From NCBI GenBank assembly GCA_002189035.1, contig CM007992.1:1922001-1986000 (forward strand): DNA of 64,000 bases, written 5' to 3'. Shown in pieces: positions 41,231-52,139 of this stretch. The position numbers and the translations under genes are program-made. The stretch comes from Utricularia gibba. Lineage: Eukaryota > Plantae > Magnoliophyta. Each line of letters opens with the position of its first letter. Within the stretch, counting starts at the first letter, position 1. The notes beneath the pieces were generated by a model that was given only the letters and a program-made list of their open reading frames with translations, ran no database searches and was not told the DNA's origin.

Positions 41231-41376
41231 ACGAAACACATGCCTGAGAGCATGTTTTGTATCTTATTCACATGACACAATACTTGTATAATACAAATCT
41301 ATGAACACAAAGGAGGATCAGCCGCGCCGGCAAGATGAGGGAGGATTGGATTCACTGTGGGAGGTGGTGAAATGGT

Positions 41377-41685
41377 CTAATAAGTAGGTTGATAGTAATA
41401 AAAATAGCGCGGAAGAAATCCCTGCTGCCATTGCTCCCGGACTTCGTCTATCTTGATGCTCGCCTCTGGTTCCTTAGCCGAGCCGAAGGAGACGATGTCG
41501 ACGGCGCAAAGCTTCCGCAACTGATCCACAACCACCACTGGGTCCACATCCCCGGTGATCGTCAGCTTCTTGGCGCTGGCATCAACAGCGATGGACTCCA
41601 CACCCGAGATACTGGAGACCTTCTTCATCCCTTTCCGCTTCATTTTCTCGTTTGAGTAGTCGAATTTCAGAACAATCTTCTTCAT
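41377..41685 (-). CDS. HMA-domain protein, HIPP39/RATX1-like (102 aa, no CxxC, no CaaX)
   Basis: MKKIVLK...KRKGMKKVSSISGVESIAVD..KKLTITGDVDPVVVVDQLRK...DIVSFGSAKEP matches the HIPP39-type HMA; uninterrupted ATG-TAG ORF. Confidence 0.75.
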   Translation of the reverse strand: MKKIVLKFDYSNEKMKRKGMKKVSSISGVESIAVDASAKKLTITGDVDPVVVVDQLRKLCAVDIVSFGSAKEPEASIKIDEVREQWQQGFLPRYFYYYQPTY

Positions 41686-41736
41686 TTCGTTAGGATCGGA
41701 ATTTTGAATCGGTGCCTGGAAAATGCTTTCCCGACG

Positions 41737-41900
41737 CTAATTTATAGCACAAAGTCGACTGAAGAAAGCGCACTACTGAATAGAGTCGTCTGCAAGTTTC
41801 CGCTACGCGTCTTGTTGAAGACCGTCAACCAGATAACATTCCCATGTACGCTTCGTGGAAGTAAGTCAAGCAGCCTCTCAGAAACTTCTTGGAGCCCACG
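41737..41900 (-). promoter_or_regulatory. Putative proximal promoter of HMA gene
   Basis: CTATAAAT ~55 nt upstream of the ATG; TTGACT (W-box, 41867-41872), TTGACG (~41823), CGCGT (~41805), AACGTGG (~41897). Confidence 0.45.
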
Positions 41901-42369
41901 TTTTAAATTTTTTTAATTATTTGAATTTCCTTAATTGAGTATATTCGAAATTATGTATTATGATCCATATTAATCATCACGATTTAAAAGATATTACATC
42001 AAGTATATTCGAAAGTATGTATTATGTTTTTATAGGTTGATTTTTTTATTTTAGTTTAGATTTAATATATTTACACAAAAAATAAATTAAGAACTCAATG
42101 CAAAGAAGAAGAATCACATGGTTCTATGGATAAGATTAAACGACAGCGTTTTACGAGCCCAATTTATTAGTGTTAAGATGGGCTTTATAATTATGGGTGT
42201 CATATCTTGATAAGGAATGGTTCCAGCCACACGTTCCCATAAGATGAGACCAAATCCATACACATCTACGTGCGCTCGTAGTGCTTGTGGTGCTTCCGGT
42301 CGATCATTTCCGGGGCCATCCAGCGGTAAGTACCAGGATCATCGGAAACAGTATCACAAGAGTTCTCCT

Positions 42370-43790
42370 TAGAGATGTTCATGGGTTGGTTCTATGCCAA
42401 CCCAGAACCGACCCAACTATAAAGACAAAGACCCGAAACCAACCCAGACCCGATTAAGAACCGATAGACCCAGAACCATGGTTCTTTATCGGTTATGGGT
42501 CGGTTCTAGGTCCTTACCGATTCCGGCTTTTACTAAAAACATTGAATTTAAAAGCTTTCAAACAATATAAAAATAATGTATTAAAAGTCACAGAAAACTG
42601 ACAAACACTAGGAAAAATGTTCATACAAATTAAAAGGACTACGTTTAGTTTTGATACAAAAGTAGAACTATGTCGCACACTTGAACACACATGTTTCTAA
42701 AAATCACATTGAAAACAAACGTTTACTGTAATTAATTTTAATACTCCCAGAATCGCTAATGTGGGTGACTAGAACAAGAAATGCAAAATTAGGCACCCGT
42801 ACCCAAAATTTAGGAATTGCGCAATTTTTGAAAGTATTCTTAATTTTCAGAAATATAAAAATTTTTGGGTGCATTAATTGGAATATAAAAATTTGAAAAT
42901 GAAATGATTTTATATATCCTAAATACTACAAAATAATTTTAATAAATAAAAAATATTCCTCTGTCTTTTAGATCATTTTTCAGACACCCATATTGCCTCG
43001 TATGGATGTTTAGAAAGAGTGATTTTCAGGCACCCACGTCTCTTATATGGGTGTTTGGGAAGGAGTATTTGAGACAGTTTTTCAGACACTCTCTTCCATC
43101 ATGTGGGTGCCTCGAGAGGGTGTTTGGAATGAGAGTTGGACGACATCTACAAAATAATGCATTGTGTGGGTGTCTGAGAAAAGTGATTTCCAGGCATCCA
43201 CATCTCTTATATGGGTGTCTGAGAAGGAGTATTTAAGATAGTTTTCTATACACCCACTTCCCTTATGTGAGTGCCTCGGGAGGATATTTGCGAGTCTATA
43301 ACAAAATTCCAAGCAACATGAAAAATCAAAAGACTACTCAAATCCACAAACTAGAGATGTTCAAAAGACCCACCCAGACCCAGAATCGATCGGAACTGAC
43401 CCAGTTTTTCGGGTCGGTTCCACCCAAATCTACATGGCTATCTTCGTCGCTGCAAAGCCCCCACTTATTTCTACAAATATGGGCCCCATTGTCATTTAAT
43501 TATTTAAGTAATAATAATAATAATAAGTGTTAATAAATAATATGATAAAAACATGCTGAGTAAATCAATAATTATTTACAACTCATGATCCAATATTCTT
43601 AGTGAAAAAATACTATTGGTTCTAAGTCGGGTCTGGATATTTTCCCGTAGACCCAAAATCGATCCAAAACCGACCGGTTCTTCATTTAATACCCAAAACC
43701 AACGCAGACCCAGAACCAGTCAGAACTGACCCGAAAAACTGGGTCGGTTCCGATCGGTTCTGGATCGGGTGGGTCTTTTGAACATCTCTA
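42370..43790. mobile_element. Non-autonomous hAT element inserted in kinase exon (1421 bp)
   Basis: TIRs TAGAGATGTTCA / TGAACATCTCTA; perfect 8-bp TSD GTTCTCCT (42362-42369, 43791-43798); ACCCAGAACC/GGGTCGGTT subterminal repeats; removal restores CEEN-SCD. Confidence 0.93.
42952..43289. repeat. MITE-like insert with two ~110-bp internal direct repeats
   Basis: Units at ~43015 and ~43180 (AGTGATTT.CAGGCA.CCAC.TCTCTTATATGGGTGT...); weak inverted ends AATATTCCTC/GAGGATATT; CAGACACCC motifs. Confidence 0.45.
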
Positions 43791-45030
43791 GTTCTCCTCG
43801 CAAGCAATACCAAAGTCTGCAACTTTGAGATGGAAATCCTCTGTTATGAGGATGTTTGAGTGGATATATTCCATCCCTCTGGCAATGTCCAGAGCCATGG
43901 TTAAAAGCTTCTGAAGAGGGAGGGGTTTTTCCTCAACCTTGGTCAAGTACGATCTCAGAGACCCTGAGGGCAGATACTCTGTTATGATGCCGAGGACTGG
44001 AGGTTTTTGGCATGCCGCCACAAACTGCGGTCATGGGTGCTTATCAGATGGCTCAATCAGTGAACTGGAGTGAGAAAGAAGCGAATGAACCAGTTACCTT
44101 CAACACATTTTGATGGCGGAGACGTGACAAGATGGTGACCTCCCTAGTAAATCGCTTCTCAAAGCGAGAACGCATTGATCCATTTTCATCGTCATCATCT
44201 GGGAATCTGATGATCTTTACTGCAACAGGTTCGCCTTTGTATTTCCCATGGTAGAGATGACTATGTGCGCCATGAGTAAATCTTAGTCCCAGAAATAACT
44301 GTGAAAGATCAACTTCAAACTGTTTGTCCAAAGTTGCTACTGCGCTCACCCTCCCACCACTTTGATCAAAATACTTGCTCCAGCCTGAAGACTCTTTCTG
44401 ACTCTTTGATCTGTCGTTCGGTTTCAGGAAAGGGGAATGAGAAAGAGACCTTGAATTTCTTGAAAACTTCACCTCCCGCGTGGAAGACCTGGTTTCACTG
44501 AAAGACTTGGTCACCCTTCTCTGAATCTTCCCTTCTGGGGCTTGGGGTCGAGAACCTTTTCTGGCTTGAGCGAGCTTCACTGAATGCGTCTGGAAGTGTT
44601 AATTCTGGGAGAGGCGACACTGCCCTCATCTTGTTATTTGCAGGGTTATTGTGAATCTCATCGACATTTGGCAGTGATCTCTGATATAGAAGAGCTACTT
44701 CCCTCCGTGTTTTTGTCACCTGAAGAGGTGAAGAAGAGGACAGCATTCAAGGAGCCATCCGATGGCAAAACGTGTGAGAGAACTTGGTTCTCCTGATCCA
44801 AGAAGCAGCCTCTTCCTCCATGGAAGATCAGTTCCAAAAGCCACTCTGACAAACAAGTAAGTTGATCACAATATTCTCCTATATGCACCAGACTCAAATC
44901 GCCTGATGTTTTCCAATCCCATCACCAAATTATAAGGAAAGATGAATCAACCCCTCCTCCATCAAACTTCAAGAAAGACCAGATGATAAAGCACCATCTG
45001 GATCCCTGCATACACTTGGAGTTCTAAAAG

Positions 45031-48000
45031 GGGGTTTTGGCATTTGTGACCTAAAATTTTGAAATTTTAGCATTTTTATCCATAACAGAATGACCGATTC
45101 GACATATTTGACATGAAACAGTACCAGTTTCGTATATATGACCCAAAATATTTAAAAAATGATATATTTGACCTGTAAAAAATTTGTTGCATAACATATT
45201 TGACCCATAAAAAATTCAGTTTTGATACTTTTGATCCATAAAATATTATAACGGGGTATATTTGATCTAACGAAAAGTTATAAAAGTTTACAACGGAGTT
45301 TGTTTGACCCAATAAGTTTACTGTTAATCCCGCGTTTAGTGTTCAGTTGGTATATTCAACCCAATAATTTGGCATATTGACCCGTACAGTTTAATAAATT
45401 GACATTGTTGACCATTAAGGTTTGTTAAATCCGCATATTTAACCCATAAAGTGTGACAAATTAACATAATTAACCCAATAAGTTTATCGAATTGACATAA
45501 ATAACCTATAAAGTTTTTCAAAATTTTAAACAAATTGAATACTTTTTCAAATAAATATTGATCAATAAGTGCCCTGTAGACATGGGCACAATAGTCAATC
45601 CAAATATCCATCATGTCAACCCACTACAATTCGAACATGTGATGTCGTTGCAAAGTGAATTTAAGATTATTATCAACATTTTTATAAATCAGATTTATTT
45701 CTAAACATACGATAACATGACAGATGCAACAATTACAAAAAAAATATTTTTATAAACATATGATATATGTTTATTAAAATATAAATAATATAAATATGTT
45801 ATTTATTAAACCATATAATAAATATGAAAGTTTTTTAGTTTTTAATTTTATTAGCATTCAATCCTTAATTATATTTTGGATGGAGCATATATTTTTATTT
45901 TAATCATTTTAATTAGCATTCGATCCTTGATTATGATTCGAATTGAGTGCATATTTTGTATTTTAATATTGTTATTAGCATTCGACACTTAGTTATGATT
46001 CGGATCGAGCGTGTATTTCTTATTGCAATATTTTTATTAGTATTCGATCCTTAAATATGATTCGGATCGAGCATATATTTTTTATTTTAATATTTTTATT
46101 AATATTCGATCCTTATGTATACTTTGGATCGATTGAATATTCATTTATTTTAAATCTTATTTAGCTTCGACCCTTAGAAGCAATTTAGATGGTGTATACA
46201 TGACAATGCCACATGGACGTGGTTTACGCATAAACCACGCCCGTGTGGCGTTGTCGTGCTGCTGGGTGTAACGATCCTCCACGACACCCTAGGCGAGAGG
46301 ACCTTTACCACGCGCACTTGTGGTAGGGTTGCACAGCACACTCTGCCTAAGGGGCTTCCCGTGCTGCGCGTCCAACGCGTGCTCAGTACCACCTCACCCG
46401 TATGCTCCTTGCCTTGCTCGCTCGCACACGGGTCATGGGCTGAGGGAGCTATAGTAATGCAAAAGAACCTGACTTTATTCATGACGATAGAATACTAGTC
46501 CAAGAGGAGGAGAGAAATAGTGCAAGAATCATAGGAAAAACATGCAGGAAATGAAGTTGCGCTCTAGCCCGCCTTACTGCTCCCGACTTCACTACTTGGC
46601 TGCTCCACCCTCGCCATCCGCCCCTCCTATCCCGTCCAATGCCTCATCCCCGGAAGTACCTACATGACCAGTAAGGGGTTAGTCCTATGCAACATGAGTC
46701 CTATGCGCAATGACGAAGAATTTGAGAAAACAGTGCTTGGTGCGATCACGGTGCAGTCTCGAGGTTCCCCCTTTTTATCCTCGACGGTCGATGCCCCTTG
46801 ATTGAACCCTGAGGTTCCTCTTTGGTTGGATTTTCAGCCCTGTATGCCCGAAGGCTGATATGCCCGAAGGCCCTTGAGTGGCATGAGTCCCACGCAAGCG
46901 CGTTGCCTTTGGGTTGGGGTGGCCATCTCCCCTTCCCTCCCCTTGATTGCATCGATCTCTATGACCCTTGACTCATGTTCTATGCCTCTGTTACATTCAG
47001 TACCATGACCTATGCCCTTGACACATTGAACACCCAAGTTAGTCATTAAACCGTATGGAAATCTCCTTACCGGATCGAAGCGTCTCCTTCCCCCACTCTT
47101 ATGGACGTTCGTCTAGCCTTTTGTTGTCTTGAGCCCTTCAGCCTTGCGCCTTCGTGGTGTGGAGAGTGGGGGAGGAAGGAGAGCTTCGATCCTTCCCCTT
47201 ATATAGAGGCTAACCTCCCCCCTTGTATGGGTGTTTCCCCTATCTTCGCAGATTTGGTCCCTTGGATTGAGGGACTTTCCCCATTGACCATAACTTCCTT
47301 ATTTGATCCCCCTAGATTTCGGCAACTTCCCTTGACTGAATCCTTGTCATATCCTGCTCAATCTTGCCATATTCCGTCTACTGGTCCCATCCGCTCATGT
47401 TGTGACCAAGTCTCGTGCGCAATCTTGCACGCTAGTTTCCTTGTGATCTCTCGACCCAGGGCTTCCATGTGGACCTAAGTCAAGTAAGGATGAGGGATAG
47501 CATTGGTACCTTGTTTTTGATATCGTTACAAACTCCCCCACTTAAAGAAGTTTCGTCCCCAAAACTTCATCTTCCATGAATGTCAGGTACCCTGCTTTCA
47601 TGGCTGTTTCCTTCTCCCACGTAGATTCTTCTATTCCACGCCCCATCCATTGCACCTTTACCCACCATGTCGGTCTTCGATTCACCATGGTGATCTTGCA
47701 GTCCAGTACCCTTAGTGGCTTGTTCTGGTACGTTAGGTTCTCTCTGAGCACGACGTCATCTGCCCTGATTTCCATATCTGGCGAGGGAACATGTCTCCTG
47801 AGTTGTGAGATGTGGAACAAATATTCCAAATCGGTAAACTATTTGGGTCAAATATTCCAAAATTGAAATTTTATCAGGTTAAATTTATTATTATTAAATG
47901 GGTGTGTTCTATAGTAACAAAAATCCGTAGGTCAAATACGTCAATTCATCAAACTTATGGGTCAAATATACCCATTCACGAAACATTATGGGTCCATTAT

Positions 48001-48073
48001 GCCCTTTTATGAAAATTTATAGGTCCCTTATATTCTAAATCCATAATTTTTAGGTCATATATATAATTGTCTC
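45031..48073 (+). mobile_element. Non-autonomous MULE-like element E, copy B
   Basis: Same termini as copy A; flanks GTTCTAAAAG (left) and TTAATGTATA (right); centre replaced by a Tekay fragment. Confidence 0.82.
46267..47820 (-). mobile_element. Tekay-like chromovirus: 3' LTR (46267-47530), PPT and chromodomain end of integrase, truncated
   Basis: TGTAACG...CGTTACA LTR; AAGTGGGGGAGTT PPT; FHISQLRRHV...LTYQNKPLRVLD...VKVQW...EESTWEKE. Confidence 0.85.
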
Positions 48074-48121
48074 TTAATGTATATAGTTATAAAGATGATA
48101 AAATAAAGTAAAGATATAAAG

Positions 48122-48316
48122 GATGATTATTAGTTACTTTATTTGTAATTTTCAGATAAGTATGGTAATATAAATAATTATAGAAAAATTTTGGGAGTAA
48201 AAATGATAATATTAAATTATTTTAAATAAAGACCTGATTAGTTTTGTGATAGTTTTGAAAAGTAGTGTAGTTTTGAATTGGTAATTCAATTTTAATTGTA
48301 TTTGTGTAATTCTCTA
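48122..48316 (-). repeat. Right TIR of MULE
   Basis: Reverse complement of 33894-34088 with roughly 22 mismatches. Confidence 0.85.
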
Positions 48317-48660
48317 GTTTCATGTTCTTTTTTGGGAGGGCTGCTTTCAGTTGGGGTTCCAAGAAGCAAGCAAGTGTGGCTTTGTGCACATGTGAACTGG
48401 AGTTCATGATAGCAAATATGTGTCAGAGAGTTTGGTTGAGAAATCTTATACTTAGCATTGGCTTTCCGGAAGCAGGTGCCATGAGAATTTTAATTGACAA
48501 CAAATCAACCCTTGAACTTAGTAAGAATCTGGTCATCCATGTAGAAGCAAACACATTGACGCAAGCAAGCTATCACTACATCAGAGACTGTGCTGCTGAG
48601 AGGGAGGTTAAGCTTGAATATGCGAATTTATAGGAATAAAAGTGGTTAACCTTAAAAGGG
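48317..48660 (+). pseudogene. Copia RT-end/RNase H remnant (host of the MULE)
   Basis: MFFFGRAAFSWGSKKQASVALCTCELEF...ILIDNKSTLELSKN...YHYIRDC. The left MULE flank supplies KSAFGLMF. Confidence 0.75.
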
Positions 48661-48959
48661 AGTGTTGATAGCAAGACTTGAAACCATTCTGGAAGTTATT
48701 TCGACAATTTACAAAGTAGTTATCATGATTATATTTACAAAACCAGAGTTCCTGATAAGTTTTCTCCTCTTCATTTTGTTCATTCGTCTACCAAGAGTAT
48801 TGCGCAATTTGAAAAGACCTGCCACGTTGTGTCTGTGTATGGCACTCAAAATGCAACCCACGGTTTTTTGTTGATTTAGACTGGGCTGGTTATATAGATT
48901 CACGAAGATCTACAACAAGACTCATATCTATGTTTGATGAAGGTGGAGTGACTTTGATC

Positions 48960-49300
48960 TTGTTTACGAGAGTGTATTGTGTTGTCCTTCACAGAGTTTG
49001 AGTATCTGCCTTGTCTGAAGTTGGAAAAGAAGCGGTGTGTCTCAAGAGGTTTCTGGAGAAACTTGGGTTCTCAAGCCAGAATGTGAGAATATTTTGTGAT
49101 AATAAGAGCGTCATTGCCCTATGCAAACATAGTATTTATCATTTAAGAATGAAGAAACTTGATATCAGATAGCATTGGATCAGAGATGTGATAAAGCGTG
49201 GGACTATAGCTCTATGAAGATGAAGACAACTCATAATGTCGCAGACTTAAGTGACAAAGCCGCTTGCCTCTTCTAGGGATATGCGACTAGTAAAAAAGTT
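48960..49300 (+). pseudogene. Second copia RNase H remnant
   Basis: LSFTEFEY, KEAVCLKRFLEKLG, IFCDNKSVIAL, KLDIR*HWIRDVI. Confidence 0.7.
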
Positions 49301-50329
49301 AGGTCTTGTTGTGAAGGGCTGATGCTGGGAGTGGTTGTTAGAGAAATCGAGTTATCACTTGGACAGGCTGCAAATTCAGTGTAAGGCTCGGAAATGAGTC
49401 TTTGGACCTGGTGATTCGGTGCAGTTGCAGGACGTTCCACTGCATAATAGGAAATGAGCGAACTTCAGAGTGGCGAGAGGGAATAGTCTGAATGCGAGAG
49501 AAATCAGTGCAAATCTGAGCATCACATGCGTGTAGTGGAGTGTGCGTTGTATGCATTCTGTAACTCTGCTGTGAATTTCCAGTTGGGTGTGATAAGCCTA
49601 GGAGTTTTTTCCTAGTTTTCTGGGTTTTACTTGATACATTGCTATCTTTTACATTTGACAATAAGTTACACAGGCACTTAGAATTCAACCCTGGACAGAG
49701 AAGAAGAAAAAAGACAATAAGCCAATTAGCAAAAGCATGGCAAGTTCCCTCCGTGCACCTTCTGTCAGAAGATCACAAAACAAGGAAATACTGTTGAAAA
49801 GTCCTGATGCTGTCTGTAAGTTGTGCAGCCATCTGCTACTCCTAGGCTGAATCCATTGTGATTATTGATGTTATAACAAATTAACAATTCATATTCGAAT
49901 TATATTCAACTCAGTTAAAATCATTTATTTTTGTTTTAATAATTTAAAGAAATGAACACAAACAAAATGTATATTTAATTATTATATTGAACAAACACAA
50001 ACATGATTAATATTCGATTATGTTCGATTATAATATATAATATTATATTAAAATTATGTATTTTAAATTGATATAAAATTATAATATAAAATATGTTATA
50101 GTAATCAATATACAAACATAATATAATTATTTATGTAATATATATAATATTATAAATTATTTTTTGTATTAGTAGTTAAATCATAATATAGTTATTTTTT
50201 ATAGGGTGCCAGATTTAGAAATGAACCTCCTCATTGTTCTGCAATTGTATTGAAGTTTGACAGTGTTTTTTTAAATGGATTCGTGCCGCATTTATACTCC
50301 TGAGGAAGTGATCTACTGAATATCCTCTA

Positions 50330-51400
50330 GTAATTGGACTTATGCTCTGACATGGAACCATCTACCATGTTCTCAGCGAGCTTCAACGCATCATGCTTCT
50401 ACAGCGATCAGACATCAGTGGCATAAGGTGTTAGACCATGCAAATCTCAGTGCTATTTGCTCAATGTCTCACCACGCATCTGTGAAAGGAATACTGCTCC
50501 TTGTAAGCAAGTCTTTGGATCTGCCGTGTGCCCTTTGTGCTAAGGGGAAGTTGACACAACAACCATTGCCATATTATATGCCATTTGCTTTTGAGAAGTT
50601 CACGATCTTCAAGACCCTAGCAGAAAAGTAACGAGAACTGCCCTCAAGTGTCTCCAAACTCATAATGGAGGTGAGTTCTACTTCACATCTTTCGAAGCTT
50701 TTTATCCTCAACAACGAGGAATCACACATCATGAAACTATGACAGACACTCCTGCTCAAAACAGTGTAGCAAAATGGGAAAATCAGGACACTATGTATGG
50801 TCCGCTGTCTGCTGCTCGAGAAACAGCTACCAAAGATTTTGTGGGCAGAAGTAGTTGAAATTGTTCGGATCAGTGGTGTATTATCAGTCACCACCAATTC
50901 ACAGAGGCACCGCTGGGCAGCTTGCACTTCAGTGACAAAAACAATATAGAATTTAGAATCCTATGACGAAACAGCTCCTGATAGCCAGGAGCTTGCAAGT
51001 TGATGAAACTGACTTCTGAAATTGGACTGAAGGCTGTCAACAAGCAAACATAGAAATCCTGTGAACGCGAGTGATTTTGACATCCTAACGATTTTGACAT
51101 CCTCACTCTATATGAAGATGATTTTGAAACGCCATTCACTGATTCAAATACGGAACTAGCACCTGAGTTGGTGGATGCTAAAATTAGTTAGAGACGGGTC
51201 TAGGTATACAACCGGTGGCTGTACCACTGTCTCTCCGGCAACCTCTGAGCCACTACTTCACTCACTGCCTATCCGGACCAGAATATCGTCAGACGTGTAT
51301 GAGTGTGCTAATCAGGCAGTTTCGGAAAAAGACCCAAGCACAGTTTCTGAAGTTCTCTTAGTTCCATTGACTTCAAGCAATGTAGGATGAGCTAGAAATG
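50330..51400 (+). pseudogene. Decayed copia pre-integrase/integrase/RT-start remnant
   Basis: LDHANL, CALCAKGK, AFEKFTIFK, LQTHNGGEF, RCLLLEKQLPKILWAEVV, KDPSTVSEVL. Confidence 0.65.
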
Positions 51401-51744
51401 ATCAATAAGTTTGGAAACTGAAGGCTCGTTGTGTTGGAGTAATTGGGTATTCTTGGTGTTGATCGTATCTGATATGTTTGTGTTGTAGGTTTTGGTCGAT
51501 GAAGAAACAGATAGGTTGGGGACGTAAGGACAAATTCTGCACAGTGCGTATTCGAGGAAATGCTCCAAAGGAAGGATAACAAAGAAAAGGAATACAGAAA
51601 TTAATGCATTCTATATCAGTGTATTAGCGGATACATGATTGAGATATTGATCCTAATAACTTTTAGTAACTACAACAATTTCTGAATCTTATCCATAGTA
51701 GCCGTCTAGTAGTTTATCCTAGTTAAGTCAATTTTATCATTTAA

Positions 51745-52010
51745 CTCCTCCCTTAAGTTTGACTTCTTCACTCTAAGTAGAAACCAAAGCTTCTAAAAAA
51801 CTGTTGCCTTCAATGGTTTAGTGAAAATATTTATTATTTGGTCTTCACTCTTCACATACAGCAACTCAATCTTCTTCTTCACAACACATTCAGTTATATA
51901 ATAATACCTTGTCTCAATATGCATGCTTCTTCCATCCATGACCGGATTCCTTCCAAGAGGAATTGTAGACTTGCTATCAATCATTATCTTAGTTGGTTCA
52001 ATTGTAGATT
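51745..52010 (-). pseudogene. Copia RNase H 3' end with PPT
   Basis: IDSKSTI.L.RNPV..GRSMHIETRYYYI...ELLYVKSEDQ..NIFTKPL; AAGGGAGGAG PPT. Confidence 0.7.
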
Positions 52011-52139
52011 GTCACGCCCCTAATGTAACATACTATTGCTACTTAACGTGGCTGACTAACTTTTACCATCCACATAATGAAGAACCGAATCAGTGGAGAA
52101 ATAAAGGAAGGTGGTAGAAACAAGGAAACTGATTCTGAG

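Larger units (their letters stand above)
42192..44821 (-). pseudogene. Raf-like MAPKKK / STY kinase (RAF36/RAF43-like) pseudogene, truncated after subdomain IX
   Basis: MEEEAASWIRRTKFSHT, KRFSTPSPRR, WSKYFDQSGGRVSAV, DLSQLFLGLRFTHGAHSHLYHG, EPVAVKIIR, DFGIACEE, DDPGTYRWMAPEMI, VDVYGFGLILWE; 73-bp intron 44097-44025; early TGA, frameshifts and a hAT insertion. Confidence 0.92.
33894..48316 (+). mobile_element. Mutator-like element (MULE) expanded to 14.4 kb by nested insertion
   Basis: ~190-bp inward-facing TIRs (~88% identical); 11-bp TSD GTTTAATGTTC (33883-33893) / GTTTCATGTTC (48317-48327); mudrA remnant inside. Confidence 0.82.

Noticed and set aside
43352-43790. Independent MITE insertion nested in the hAT
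   Set aside because: Its flanks CCACAAAC and GTTCTCCT do not form a TSD; only the outer ends do.
42192-44821. Kinase as a retrocopy or functional gene
   Set aside because: It retains a GT-AG intron (44097-44025), so it is DNA-derived. An early TGA, frameshifts, loss of HRD, the hAT insertion and truncation rule out function.
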